DNA of 64,000 nt from Acidimicrobiales bacterium (GCA_035510855.1 DATKGG010000069.1:9788-73787); one strand, 5' to 3'; shown: positions 9,861-19,583, counted from the stretch's first letter. Translations and numbers: made by a program. The notes: generated from the sequence alone by a model not told the origin.

Positions 9861-10610
9861 CTAGCCGTCGTAGGCGGTGAGCACGGACTCGGGGACGTCG
9901 AAGTTGGCGTGGACGCTCTGGACGTCGTCATGGTCGTCGATGGCGTCCATCATCCGCAGCACCCGCTTGGCGTCGGCGTCGTCGGTGATCTCGACGGTCG
10001 AGCTCGCCACCATGGTGAGCTCGGCGTTGCGAACCGAGACGCCCTGGGCCTCCAGGGAGTCGCGCACCGAGGCCAGATCCCCCGGCGCGGTCGTGATCGA
10101 GAAGCCGTCGTCGTCGCTCTCGAGGTCCTCTGCGCCGGCCTCCATCGCCAGCTCCATGAGGCGGTCCTCGTCGATCGTCGCGGCGACCTCGATCGCGCCC
10201 TTGCGCTCGAACTGCCACGCGACCGCCCCGGGCTCGGCCATCGACCCGCCGCTGCGGGTGAACAGGCTGCGCATCTCGGATCCCGTGCGGTTGCGGTTGT
10301 CCGTCAGGCACTCGACGAGCACCGCGACACCCCCGGGGCCGTAGCCCTCATAGGTCACCGCCTCGTAACGGACCCCCTCGAGCTCGCCAGTGCCGCGCTT
10401 GATGGCGCGCTCGATGGTGTCGATCGGCACCGAGCCGTCACGGGCCTTTTGGAACATCGTGCGCAGCGCCGCGTTCGCGTTCATGTCGGCGCCGCCTTCG
10501 CGGGCAGCCACCTCGACCTGCCGGATGAGCTTGGCGAACAGCTTCGCCCTGGCCTTGTCCTGGGCACCCTTGCGATGCTTGGTGGTCGCCCACTTTGAGT
10601 GGCCCGACAT
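9861..10610 (-). CDS. YebC/PmpR-family DNA-binding transcriptional regulator
   Basis: Trimmed to ATG 10608-10610. MSGHSKWATTKHRKGAQDKARAKLFAKLIRQVEVAAREGG is the invariant YebC N-terminus. Confidence 0.9.
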   Translation of the reverse strand: MSGHSKWATTKHRKGAQDKARAKLFAKLIRQVEVAAREGGADMNANAALRTMFQKARDGSVPIDTIERAIKRGTGELEGVRYEAVTYEGYGPGGVAVLVECLTDNRNRTGSEMRSLFTRSGGSMAEPGAVAWQFERKGAIEVAATIDEDRLMELAMEAGAEDLESDDDGFSITTAPGDLASVRDSLEAQGVSVRNAELTMVASSTVEITDDADAKRVLRMMDAIDDHDDVQSVHANFDVPESVLTAYDG

Positions 10611-10641
10611 CTCGCCCTCCCCGACGTCGCGACGAACGATC

Positions 10642-11247
10642 CTAGTTCTGCACGGAGGCCGAGCTGCTCGACGAGGCCAGGTCCACGAACAGCGCGTGCA
10701 CCGTTCGGTCGGCCGTGAGCTCTGGGTGGAACGAGGCGCCGAGCACCGAGCCCTGGCGCACGAGGACCGGGTGCGGGCCGTCGCCCACGTCGATCGTCGC
10801 AAGCACCTCGACGCCGTCGCCGACCTCGGTGATCCGGGGCGCGCGGATGAACACCGTGGGCACCCGCACGCCGCCCGCGAGCTCGCTCGACGACTCGAAC
10901 GACGAGATCTGGCGCCCGTAGCCGTTGCGAAGGACCGTCACGTCGAGGAGCCCGAGCGCGGGCTGGTCGGGGCGCCCGTCTGCGATCGACGAGGCGAGCA
11001 GGACGAGGCCCGCGCAGGTGCCGAACGCCGGCATCCCTGCGCGCAGGCGCGACTCGAGCGGGCCCAAGAGCCCCGAGGTCACGAGCAGGTGCGCGATCGC
11101 GGTCGACTCGCCGCCCGGCAGCACGATGGCGTCGACGCCGTCGAGCTCGGTGACAGATCGGACCGGCGTCGAGGCGACACCGAGGTCCGCGAGCGCTGCC
11201 CGATGCTCAGAGACGTCGCCTTGGAGGGCGAGCACGCCGACACGCAC
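10642..11247 (-). CDS. pdxT: pyridoxal 5'-phosphate synthase glutaminase subunit PdxT
   Basis: 201 aa. GTG start. VGVLALQGD, nucleophile context FGTCAGLVLL, FHPELT. Directly downstream of pdxS. Confidence 0.9.
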   Translation of the reverse strand: MRVGVLALQGDVSEHRAALADLGVASTPVRSVTELDGVDAIVLPGGESTAIAHLLVTSGLLGPLESRLRAGMPAFGTCAGLVLLASSIADGRPDQPALGLLDVTVLRNGYGRQISSFESSSELAGGVRVPTVFIRAPRITEVGDGVEVLATIDVGDGPHPVLVRQGSVLGASFHPELTADRTVHALFVDLASSSSSASVQN

Positions 11248-11249
11248 GG

Positions 11250-12146
11250 CTACCAGCCGCGGTCGGCCAGGCGCTCGTTCAGCGTGGAGATCTCGTCGCC
11301 GCGCATGGCAGGCCCGAGACCCGTCGAGATCTTGGCAACTAGGTCGGCGTCGTCGAAGTGCGTGGTCGCCTCCACGATCGCCCGCGCCATGCGCTCGGGG
11401 TCCGAGCTCTTGAAGATGCCCGAGCCGACGAAGACGGCCTCGGCGCCGAGCTGGCGGACGAGCGCGGCGTCCGCGGGCGTCGCGATGCCGCCAGCGCAGA
11501 ACAAGGGGACCGGAAGCTTCCCGGTCGACGCGACCTCGGCCACCAAGGCAAGCGGCGCCTGGAGGTCCTTGGCCGCCGCGTAGCGCTCGGCGTCGCCCAG
11601 CGTCGTGAGCCGGCGGATCTCACTGAGGATGGTCCTGAGGTGCCGGACGGCCTCGACGATGTTGCCCGTCCCCGCCTCGCCCTTCGAGCGAATCATGCAC
11701 GCGCCCTCGTCGATGCGCCGCAGCGCCTCGCCGAGGGAGGTCGCGCCGCACACGAACGGCACCGTGAAGGCCCACTTGTCGATGTGGTGCGCCTCGTCGG
11801 CGGGGGTCAGGACCTCGGACTCGTCCACGTAGTCGACGCGGAGCGCCTGGAGGATCTGGGCCTCGGCGAAGTGGCCGATCCGGGCCTTGGCCATCACCGG
11901 GATCGTGACGACCTCTTGGATCCCCTTGATCATCTCGGGGTCGCTCATGCGGGCAACGCCGCCGTCGCGGCGGATGTCGGCAGGGACGCGCTCGAGCGCC
12001 ATCACCGCGACGGCTCCCGCGTCCTCGGCGATCTTTGCCTGCGCGGGGGTGACGACGTCCATGATCACGCCGCCGCGAAGCATGTCGGCGAGGCCGCGCT
12101 TCACGTTCGTCGTCCCGTAGCTGCGCTCGTCGACTAGGTCCGCCAT
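11250..12146 (-). CDS. pdxS: pyridoxal 5'-phosphate synthase lyase subunit PdxS
   Basis: 298 aa. [46 protein letters not shown] and FVCGA...GEAGTGN are highly conserved PdxS blocks. Confidence 0.95.
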   Translation of the reverse strand: MADLVDERSYGTTNVKRGLADMLRGGVIMDVVTPAQAKIAEDAGAVAVMALERVPADIRRDGGVARMSDPEMIKGIQEVVTIPVMAKARIGHFAEAQILQALRVDYVDESEVLTPADEAHHIDKWAFTVPFVCGATSLGEALRRIDEGACMIRSKGEAGTGNIVEAVRHLRTILSEIRRLTTLGDAERYAAAKDLQAPLALVAEVASTGKLPVPLFCAGGIATPADAALVRQLGAEAVFVGSGIFKSSDPERMARAIVEATTHFDDADLVAKISTGLGPAMRGDEISTLNERLADRGW

Positions 12147-12169
12147 GACCCAAGCCTACCGGGGAGACC

Positions 12170-13030
12170 TCACCATTCCGCGAGCACTTGGGCACGGACG
12201 GCGGGCGCGTCCAGCTCGCCGATGTCGTTGCTCGGGTCGCCGGGCAAGGGGTCGAACCACAACCACCGGGTCCGAGCGAAGTGCTCGGTGGCGAAGTACG
12301 AGCCGGCGACTGGCGGCGGCTGCGCGATGCACCGGTCGAGGACCGCGGCGATCCCGACGGGGAAGCGCACCGACACGGCTGCCACCTCGTCGGCGCGGAG
12401 CAGCCGGCCCCGGCCCGCGAGTCGGTGGCGGATCACGTCGTTGCCGAGCACGCCCGGCAGGGTCGCCGCCAGCGTTCCGCGGCGAACGTCGTCCAGGCGC
12501 AGGTGCGCGAGCCCATGTGCGAGGACGCCCTCGAGCTCAATCAGGTCGAGCTTGCCGATCAGCCCGGTGGTGGCGACCATGGCCGCGCCGCTCGAGGTGG
12601 CGACCATCGCGAGGTTGACCCGATCGTCGTCGAGCACGAACAGCGGGGGGTGCGAGACACCGAAGGTGGCGCAGAGTCCAGCGACGAGGTTCTCGAGGCG
12701 CGGCTGGGCGCCGTCGGCGACGCGGTGCGCGCCGAGCAGCCGCTCGACGTTCGCCGGTGCACTGAGGATGCCCGCGGCAACGACGAGCCCGCCAAGCACG
12801 AGGCTCGCAGCCACGATCACGAGGCCGAGACGAAGCGCCCCGGCGGCCGCGAGTCCCGCGCCGCACACCGCGCCGATGGCCACGATGAAGGCGAGCGGGA
12901 TCAACGGGACGAGGAACGCGACGCGACGGTTCCGCGCGCGCTCCTCGCTCGTCACGTCGTATCTCGGCGGCAGGGTCACGGCGTCGCCACCGCGCGCGGG
13001 AGGCACGTTGCGCAGGCTACTTCCCGTCAC
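12170..13030 (-). CDS. M48 (HtpX-like) peptidase homologue with a degenerate zinc motif
   Basis: ORF 12170..13330 trimmed to GTG 13030 (GAGGG 9 nt upstream). Alternative starts are 13006 and 12979. Two N-terminal TM helices. The segment ...NLAMVATSSGAAMVATTGLIGKLDLIELEGVLAHGLAHLRLDD aligns with the M48 ...NAFA...vT.GLl..L...ElegVlaHElsHi pattern but reads HGLAH. Confidence 0.55.
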   Translation of the reverse strand: MTGSSLRNVPPARGGDAVTLPPRYDVTSEERARNRRVAFLVPLIPLAFIVAIGAVCGAGLAAAGALRLGLVIVAASLVLGGLVVAAGILSAPANVERLLGAHRVADGAQPRLENLVAGLCATFGVSHPPLFVLDDDRVNLAMVATSSGAAMVATTGLIGKLDLIELEGVLAHGLAHLRLDDVRRGTLAATLPGVLGNDVIRHRLAGRGRLLRADEVAAVSVRFPVGIAAVLDRCIAQPPPVAGSYFATEHFARTRWLWFDPLPGDPSNDIGELDAPAVRAQVLAEW

Positions 13031-13046
13031 CTGGGTTGCCCTCGCC

Positions 13047-14156
13047 TCACGCGCGCGCACTCTCGAACCGCTCGGCCGCTCGGCCGTAGCGAACGAGGTA
13101 GCGGTCGACGAGCGCTGCCATCGACCAGCCCGCGGCATGCGCCGAGGCGGCGTCAAGGCTCTCTTTCGTAGCCGGCCGCTCGAGCGCCTCTCGCAGGGCG
13201 GCAGCGAGCGCCGCGGGATCGTTGGGGGCGACGAGCCTCGCGTGGCCCGCGGTCGCCTCGCGGTAGCCGTCGATGTCCGAGGCCACGACCGCGGTGCCCG
13301 CGGCCATCCCCTCGAGCGGCACGAGCCCAAAGCTCTCGCCGCCGAGCGAGGGCACGCACAGCACGTCGGCGCCCCGCAGGCGCGCGAACTTCTCGGCGTC
13401 GGTCACGGCTCCGAGCCACCTGATGCGCCCGTCGGACCCGTGGCGGCGCCGGAGCGACTCGGTCTGCGGCCCCTGGCCGAGCACCCAGCACTCGATCGGC
13501 AGGTCGATGCGACCGAGCGCGTCGAGCAGGACCCCGAGGCCCTTGCGATCCTCGTGGCGTCCGACGAACACGATCGTGGGCGCGGACGTCGGGCTCGGCA
13601 CCGTGGCGCGAATGGCCTCGTCGTCGATCCCATTGAAGAGGACCTCAGGATGGATGCCCGTGGCGGCGGCGATGGTTGCCGCCGCGTAGTCGCTGACCGC
13701 GACCGCCTCGTCGAGGCCCCGCGCGAGCAGGCGGAAGACCGGCTTGCCGACCAGGTACGCGGGGCCGCCGCCGCCGCGGTGGAACGTGGCGACGATCGGA
13801 CGGCGATGCGCGCGCAGCAGGCCGTACGCGGCGATCGGGGCGAACGGCTCGTGGACGTGCACCACGCCGTCTCGCAGGGTCGCGGCGATGGACGCGAACG
13901 TGCGTGACGCTCGAGGCGAGAGCGTCACGGGCGCGCGGGAGCCGTTCGCGGGCACGCCCACGACGCCGCCCACCGCGACGTGGGCGATGCCGAGTGAGCC
14001 CAGCACCTCGTCGGGCGCACCCGGCGAGCACACGGTGACTGAGACCCCACGCGAGGTGAGCTCCCGGGCCATCGCGCGCACCTGGGTCTGGACGCCGCCG
14101 GGCACGCTCAGCGCGTAGGGGCTGACGAGCTGGACGCGCGTGATGCCCGCCGTCAC
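13047..14156 (-). CDS. pimA: GT4 glycosyltransferase, phosphatidylinositol mannosyltransferase PimA-like
   Basis: Trimmed to GTG 14154-14156 (GTGA overlap with the upstream stop). GT-B/GT4 with E-x7-E (GGESFGLVPLEGMAAG). Its position downstream of pgsA and the acyltransferase matches the actinobacterial PIM cluster. Confidence 0.75.
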   Translation of the reverse strand: MTAGITRVQLVSPYALSVPGGVQTQVRAMARELTSRGVSVTVCSPGAPDEVLGSLGIAHVAVGGVVGVPANGSRAPVTLSPRASRTFASIAATLRDGVVHVHEPFAPIAAYGLLRAHRRPIVATFHRGGGGPAYLVGKPVFRLLARGLDEAVAVSDYAAATIAAATGIHPEVLFNGIDDEAIRATVPSPTSAPTIVFVGRHEDRKGLGVLLDALGRIDLPIECWVLGQGPQTESLRRRHGSDGRIRWLGAVTDAEKFARLRGADVLCVPSLGGESFGLVPLEGMAAGTAVVASDIDGYREATAGHARLVAPNDPAALAAALREALERPATKESLDAASAHAAGWSMAALVDRYLVRYGRAAERFESARA

Positions 14157-15046
14157 GCGGCGCCCGGCCAGTTCGACTGGAGCACGTGCCACTGCTCGGG
14201 CGCGCGGCGGATGAGCCAGCCGAGCTCGCCTGCGACGACCCTCGTCACGCGCGCGACGTCGTCGCGGATCGTGGCCCGGCGCTCGGTGTCGATCGGCGGC
14301 CCCACGACGATGTGGTGGTCGCGTCCCGGCCCGCTGTAGACCGCGGCGCATAGCAGCGTCGCGCCGGTGCGCAGCGCGAGGAGCGCTGGTCCCGCCGGCA
14401 TCGTCGTCGACGCCCCGAACAGCTCGACGTCAAGCCCGTTGTGCAGGATGTCGCGGTCGCAGAGCAGCCCGACCACCCCGCCGGCTCGCAGCACCTTGGC
14501 GACGGCGCCGCCGGCGGCGTCGTCGAGCGGCACGACGCCAAGTCCCATCTGGACGCGCTTGGCAGCGAACCAGTCGAAGAGCTCCGGTGGCTCGAGGCGC
14601 TCGGCGACCGCGGTCATCGGCCAGCCAATGTCGGCGAGCATCATCCCGCCCCACTCCCAGCTGCCAATGTGCGGGAGGGCGATCACGACGCCACGCCCCA
14701 GCGCCACCGCCTCGCGCAGGTGCTCCTCGCCTTCTGAGAAGCAGATTCGCGCGGTGACGTCCGAGGGACGCATGGCGGGGAGCTTGGCGCCCTCTGCCCA
14801 GTAGCGGCCGTAGGCGCGCAGGCCCCTCGTCACGTAGCGGTCGAGCACACGGGGGTCTGCCGGCTCGCGGGCGCCGCCGGCGAGCACCCGGTCGAGGTTC
14901 GCGGCGAGGTCGGATCGCCGCCACTTCGGGAGCCGCCCAAGGGCGCCAAAGACCGCCTCGAAGGCCCCGACGTCGACGCGCTCGGGAAGCCACTCGAAGA
15001 GCGTGCCGAGGGACCTGTAGAGCCAGTACCGAGCCCGCGGGCTCAC
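14153..15046 (-). CDS. patA: lysophospholipid (LpxL/HtrB-type) acyltransferase, PIM acyltransferase PatA-like
   Basis: Trimmed to GTG 15044-15046 (GTGA overlap with the pgsA stop). ALPHIGSWEWGG carries the H-x4-E/D acyltransferase motif. Synteny is pgsA-acyltransferase-pimA. Confidence 0.75.
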   Translation of the reverse strand: MSPRARYWLYRSLGTLFEWLPERVDVGAFEAVFGALGRLPKWRRSDLAANLDRVLAGGAREPADPRVLDRYVTRGLRAYGRYWAEGAKLPAMRPSDVTARICFSEGEEHLREAVALGRGVVIALPHIGSWEWGGMMLADIGWPMTAVAERLEPPELFDWFAAKRVQMGLGVVPLDDAAGGAVAKVLRAGGVVGLLCDRDILHNGLDVELFGASTTMPAGPALLALRTGATLLCAAVYSGPGRDHHIVVGPPIDTERRATIRDDVARVTRVVAGELGWLIRRAPEQWHVLQSNWPGAA

Positions 15047-15819
15047 GTCCCGGAGCGGTGCGTCCGATTCGCGCGGCGGTGCTCTCGCGCCTCGCGCCAG
15101 TCGCGAGCGCGCGTCTTTGCCTCGATGCGGACGGTGCGCCACCGCGCGACGGCGGCGACGGTGCGGTCCTGCATCCGTGCGGCCGTCCACTCGGGACGCG
15201 GTGCCCTCGAGCGTCGCCGAGACACGGCCGGGCGGTCGGGTCGGCTGGCGGACACCCAGATGCGCTGGAAGCGGCCCACTGCGGTCAGCGTGGTGAGCGC
15301 GAACAGCATCCACAGGACGGGCACGAAGATCACCGCCGACAGCAGGGCCACGCCGAGGAGGATCATTCGCTCGGCTCGCTCCATGAGGCCCCCTTTGGCG
15401 GGGATCCCGAGCGACTCGGCCTTCGCTCGCTGGTACGAGACGAGGAAGGTGACCGAGAGGATCGCGAAGGGCAAGAGGACGAGGCGCCCGCGGTGGTGAT
15501 CGGCGAGGTACCACGACGCACCTCCGAGCAAGAGGGCGTCGGCGAGCCGGTCGGTGACTGAGTCGAAGAAGGCACCGCGGACCGACTCGGTGCCGGCGGC
15601 CTTGGCAAGCGGGCCGTCGAACAGGTCGTGGGCACCCGTGAGGATGAGCAGGCCGATGGCGAGCGGGAACATGCCCGCGCCAATGGCGACCCCCGCGCCG
15701 GTGGCCGACAGCAGCCCGGTCGCGGTGAGCATGTCAGCGGTGAGGCCAACGCGCTGGAGCGCTCTGCCTACCGGCTGAGTGCTCCTGTCGACGGTCTTGC
15801 GGAACCGTCCGTCAAACAT
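15043..15819 (-). CDS. pgsA: CDP-alcohol phosphatidyltransferase (phosphatidylinositol-phosphate synthase type)
   Basis: Trimmed to ATG 15817-15819 (GGGAGGG upstream). DLFDGPLAKAAG...GAFFDSVTDRLAD is the D-x2-DG-x2-AR...G-x3-D-x3-D motif. It has an Arg-rich C-terminal extension of about 70 aa. Confidence 0.85.
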   Translation of the reverse strand: MFDGRFRKTVDRSTQPVGRALQRVGLTADMLTATGLLSATGAGVAIGAGMFPLAIGLLILTGAHDLFDGPLAKAAGTESVRGAFFDSVTDRLADALLLGGASWYLADHHRGRLVLLPFAILSVTFLVSYQRAKAESLGIPAKGGLMERAERMILLGVALLSAVIFVPVLWMLFALTTLTAVGRFQRIWVSASRPDRPAVSRRRSRAPRPEWTAARMQDRTVAAVARWRTVRIEAKTRARDWREAREHRRANRTHRSGT

Positions 15820-15946
15820 TGACCCTCCCTGCCCGCCGGCTCCTTGCGCCGTGGGGCGGATCCGCGCGCGCGGTTCGACCATCGTACCGGGAGCACGCCC
15901 GCTCCAGCGGAGATGCCCAGATCAGACGTGTTGTACGCCCCAACTC

Positions 15947-16456
15947 TCAATCCAGCGCCTCATAGGCGCCTCGCAGCTTGGCGAAGGACACCGCCAAGGA
16001 CTCGGGCAGCACCCGGGTCTCGGCGACCGAGGTCATGAAGTTGGTGTCGCCGCCCCACCGGGGCAGCACGTGCAGGTGCAGGTGCCCGGGGATGCCTGCG
16101 CCCGCGGCGCGCCCGAGGTTCGCGCCCAGGTTCGCGCCGTCCGGCCGGTAGGCGGCGGTCACGGCGCGCAGCGCACGGGTGGTGGCGCGCCACAGGGCGG
16201 CCGACTCGCTGTCATCGAGCTCCTCGATGCCAGCCACGTGCCGCCTGGGCAGCACGAGCACGTGGCCGGATCCGTAGGGGAACGCGTTCAGGACGACGAA
16301 GCTCGACGCGTCGCGGTCCACGACCCCGGAGGCTTCGTCCATTGGTGCCTCCGCCAGCGCGCAGAAGATGCAGCTCGAGTCGTCGGCCCCGTGCCCGGTG
16401 GTCGCCTGCTCGACGTAGCGGCGCCGCCAGCTCGCGTCTAGGCGCTCGAGCGCCAT
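15947..16456 (-). CDS. HIT-family nucleotide hydrolase/phosphorylase
   Basis: 169 aa. Histidine triad GIPGHLHLHVLPRW. The start overlaps the thrS stop by 1 nt. Same position as the mycobacterial HIT gene between thrS and pgsA. Confidence 0.85.
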   Translation of the reverse strand: MALERLDASWRRRYVEQATTGHGADDSSCIFCALAEAPMDEASGVVDRDASSFVVLNAFPYGSGHVLVLPRRHVAGIEELDDSESAALWRATTRALRAVTAAYRPDGANLGANLGRAAGAGIPGHLHLHVLPRWGGDTNFMTSVAETRVLPESLAVSFAKLRGAYEALD

Positions 16457-18447
16457 CAGCCAGCGGTCGTCTCTGGTGCGCCGTGCGCGACAACCTGCGC
16501 GTCCATCTCGTCGGCGAGTGCGTGCACCGCGACGCCACGCTCGGGGTCCGCGCTCCCGCGGCGGTTCACGCCCACGGTGCTGTTGGCGACGTCGTCGTCA
16601 CCCACCACGAGCACATAGGGCAGCTTGTCCAGCTTGGCCTTTCGGATCCTTCCTCCGAGCGGCTCGGAGGCTTCGTCCCACGTGCCGCGCAGCCCACGTT
16701 CGTGCAGCTGGGCGGCCACGTGCGCCGCGTACTCGTGGTGGTCGTCGCGGACCGGCAGCACGCGGAACTGCTCGGGCATGAGCCACGTGGGCAGGTTCCC
16801 CGCGTAGTGCTCGAGCAGGATCGCCAAGAAGCGCTCGACGGAGCCGAAGAGGGCGCGGTGGATCATGATCGGGCGGTGCCGGCCGTTGTCGGCGCCGATG
16901 TAGGCGACGTCGAAGCGCTGCGGGGTCTGGAAGTCGAGCTGGACCGTCGACAGCTGGTGCGTCCGGCCGATCGCGTCGCGCGCCTGGACGGAGATCTTTG
17001 GCCCGTAGAAGGCACCGCCGCCCGGGTCGTCATGGAGCTCGAGGCCCGACGCGGTCGCGACGTCGAGGAGCGTCGACTCCGCTTCCTGCCACTCCTCGTC
17101 GGTGCCGACCGCCTTGCCCTCGGGCCTGGTCGACAGCTCGAGGTAGAACTCCGAGAGCCCGAAGGCCCGCAGCATGTCGAGCACGAACTCGAGGGTCCTC
17201 GTCAGCTCGCCGTGCATCTGGTCGCGGCGGCACAGCAGGTGCGCGTCGTCCATGGTCATCCCGCGCACGCGCGTGAGGCCGTGGACCACCCCAGAGCGCT
17301 CGTAGCGGTACACCGTGCCGAACTCGAAGTAGCGCTGGGGCATGTCGCGGTAGCTGCGCTGGCGCGATTTGAAGACGAGCATGTGGAACGGGCAGTTCAT
17401 CGGCTTCAGGTAGTACTCCTGGCCCTCGTCGAGCTCCATTGGTGGATACATGCTCTCGGCGAACCAGCTGAGGTGCCCCGACGTGTCGAACAGCTCGCGC
17501 TTGGTGATGTGCGGGCTCGTGACGAACTGGTATCCGGCGTCCAGGTGCCGCTGACGCGAGTAGTCCTCGATGACCTTTCGCAGCAGCCCGCCCTTGGCGT
17601 GGAAGATCGCGAGTCCCGGACCGATCTCCTCGGGGAAGCTGAACAGGTCGAGCTCCGCACCCAGCTTGCGGTGATCGCGACGCTCGGCCTCCTCGAGGTG
17701 CTCGAGGTGCTCGGCGAGTGCGGCCTCGGACTCAAAGGCCGTCCCGTAGATGCGCTGCAGCTGGGGACGGTGCTCGTCGCCCCGCCAGTACGCGCCCGCC
17801 ACGCGCTGTAGTCGGAAGTGCCCGAGCCGTCCCGTGGAGGGGACGTGGGGCCCACGGCACAGGTCCGTGAACGCGTCGGTGTTGCGGTAGCTCGTGACCA
17901 CGCCGTCGTCCGCGCCGGCGCCGACCTCGTCGGCGCCTTGCGCGACCTTCTCGATGATCTCGACCTTGAACGGCTGGTCCGCGAACAGCTCGAGGCCGCC
18001 CGCGACGGTGTGCTCGTGGCGCTCGAACGGCTGTTCCTCGGCGATGATCTCGCGCATCGTCGCGTCGATGCGATCGAGGTCGTCGTCGCTGAACCGAGCC
18101 TCGTCGGGTAGCTCGAAGTCGTAGTAGAAGCCGCCGGCGATGACCGGACCGATGGCATAGTGCGCGCCGGGCCAGAGGCGCAGCACGGCCTGGGCGAGCA
18201 CGTGCGCGGTCGAGTGGCGGAGCACATCTCGTCCCCCAGGGCTGTCGGGCGTGAGGAGGCGTACCGAGGAGCCGTCGACGAGGCTCGCGCCGAGGTCGAC
18301 GGGGTGCCCGTCGCGCTCCGCGGCGACGACTGCCTTCGCGAGGCGCGGGCCGATGGACGCGGCGAGGTCTGCGTAGGTCGATCCGCTCGGGAGCTGGACT
18401 GCCGCGCCGTCAGGGAGTGTGATCGTCACCGTGGCGGACATCGTCAT
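16456..18447 (-). CDS. thrS: threonine--tRNA ligase
   Basis: 663 aa. N-terminal TGS, editing-domain HSTAHVLAQAV, class-II core (YRYERSGVVHGLTRVRGMTMDDAHLLC) and an anticodon-binding domain. Confidence 0.95.
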   Translation of the reverse strand: MTMSATVTITLPDGAAVQLPSGSTYADLAASIGPRLAKAVVAAERDGHPVDLGASLVDGSSVRLLTPDSPGGRDVLRHSTAHVLAQAVLRLWPGAHYAIGPVIAGGFYYDFELPDEARFSDDDLDRIDATMREIIAEEQPFERHEHTVAGGLELFADQPFKVEIIEKVAQGADEVGAGADDGVVTSYRNTDAFTDLCRGPHVPSTGRLGHFRLQRVAGAYWRGDEHRPQLQRIYGTAFESEAALAEHLEHLEEAERRDHRKLGAELDLFSFPEEIGPGLAIFHAKGGLLRKVIEDYSRQRHLDAGYQFVTSPHITKRELFDTSGHLSWFAESMYPPMELDEGQEYYLKPMNCPFHMLVFKSRQRSYRDMPQRYFEFGTVYRYERSGVVHGLTRVRGMTMDDAHLLCRRDQMHGELTRTLEFVLDMLRAFGLSEFYLELSTRPEGKAVGTDEEWQEAESTLLDVATASGLELHDDPGGGAFYGPKISVQARDAIGRTHQLSTVQLDFQTPQRFDVAYIGADNGRHRPIMIHRALFGSVERFLAILLEHYAGNLPTWLMPEQFRVLPVRDDHHEYAAHVAAQLHERGLRGTWDEASEPLGGRIRKAKLDKLPYVLVVGDDDVANSTVGVNRRGSADPERGVAVHALADEMDAQVVAHGAPETTAG

Positions 18448-18464
18448 CTTCCTCGTGGCGGTCG

Positions 18465-19583
18465 CTAGAGGTTAACGCCTAGCAGCGAGAGGGCCGGTCC
18501 ACGGTCGGTGCCACGCGGCGCGGCGTCGATGGCACGAAGCGCCGCGGGGGTGTCGAGGTCGTCGTCGAGCGCGACGCGCACGTCGTCAAGCAGCGCCACG
18601 CCGTCACGGGTCCCCGCGGAGTCCGCGTACGCAGCGGCGCGGCGGCGGCCGTCGTCGAGGTCATTGTCCGTCCAGGTCCAGTCACCTCGGTAGTGGTGTC
18701 CGAGCAACGCCAGCCGGACGACCGTGGCAGGGGCTCGCTCGAGCAGGTCCGAGACGAAGACGAGGTTTCCCAGGGACTTCGACATCTTCGCGCCGTTGAG
18801 CCCGACGAGGCCCACGTGCACCCAGTACCGCACGAACCGCTGGCCGGTCACTGACTCTGACTGAGCGGCCTCGCACTCGTGGTGCGGGAAGATCAGGTCC
18901 CGTCCTCCACCGTGCACGTCGATCGTCTCGCCGAGCTCGCGCAGCGCCAGCGCCGAGCACTCGATGTGCCAGCCGGGTCGACCCGGCCCCCAGCGCGACT
19001 CCCATGCCGGCTCGTCGGCGAGCGAGGGCTGCCACAGGACGAAGTCGAGAGGGTCGTGCTTGTGCGGGTCGTCGGGGTTCCCGCCGTTCTCCTTGGCCAG
19101 AACAAGCATCTCGGCGCGGCCCAGGTGGCTGAGGGAGCCGAAGTCCGCGAACCGCGCCACCCCGAAGTAGATGGCGCCACCTGCCTCGTAGGCGACGCCG
19201 GCGTCAAGTGCGCGTCCGATGAGCGAGAGGATCTCGGGGATCGCCGAGGTCGCGCGTGGCTCGGCGTGCACGGGGAGGATCCCGAGCCCCAGCATGTCGC
19301 GGTCGAACCTCGAGATCTCCTGTGCGGCGAGGTCGAGGTAGTGAACGCCGAGCTCGCGAGCCTTTCGCAGGATGTCGTCGTCGACGTCGGTCACGTTTCG
19401 CACGCACCGGGTCTTGTGACCAAGGTCCCGGAGTCGGCGCTGGAGCACGTCGTAGGTGAGGAAGACCGCCGCGTGCCCGAGGTGGGCGGAATCGTAGGGC
19501 GTGATGCCACAGGTGTACATCGTGACGAGGGGCCCGAGCTCGAGCTCGAGGATCTCGCGACGTCGCGTGTCGTAGAGTCGCAC
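18465..19583 (-). CDS. mshC: cysteine:1D-myo-inosityl 2-amino-2-deoxy-alpha-D-glucopyranoside ligase (mycothiol ligase MshC)
   Basis: 372 aa CysRS paralogue without an anticodon domain. MYTCGITPYDSAHLGHAA (HIGH), RPGWHIECSA and KMSKSLGNLV. The C-terminus ...LDTPAALRAID...LLGVNL matches my memory of MshC (...LLGVDL) rather than CysS. Confidence 0.85.
   Translation of the reverse strand: MRLYDTRRREILELELGPLVTMYTCGITPYDSAHLGHAAVFLTYDVLQRRLRDLGHKTRCVRNVTDVDDDILRKARELGVHYLDLAAQEISRFDRDMLGLGILPVHAEPRATSAIPEILSLIGRALDAGVAYEAGGAIYFGVARFADFGSLSHLGRAEMLVLAKENGGNPDDPHKHDPLDFVLWQPSLADEPAWESRWGPGRPGWHIECSALALRELGETIDVHGGGRDLIFPHHECEAAQSESVTGQRFVRYWVHVGLVGLNGAKMSKSLGNLVFVSDLLERAPATVVRLALLGHHYRGDWTWTDNDLDDGRRRAAAYADSAGTRDGVALLDDVRVALDDDLDTPAALRAIDAAPRGTDRGPALSLLGVNL

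Noticed and set aside
12222-13907. 561-aa plus-strand ORF. Similar long antisense ORFs occur at 16342-17811, 29205-30710, 49323-50828, 54769-56169 and 60414-61856.
   Set aside because: All are antisense or out of frame to genes with clear family motifs (M48-like/pimA, thrS, GT4-GT4, flavoprotein, murT, ACAD). All have Arg/Ser/Pro-rich or Asp/Arg/Gly-rich shadow composition.
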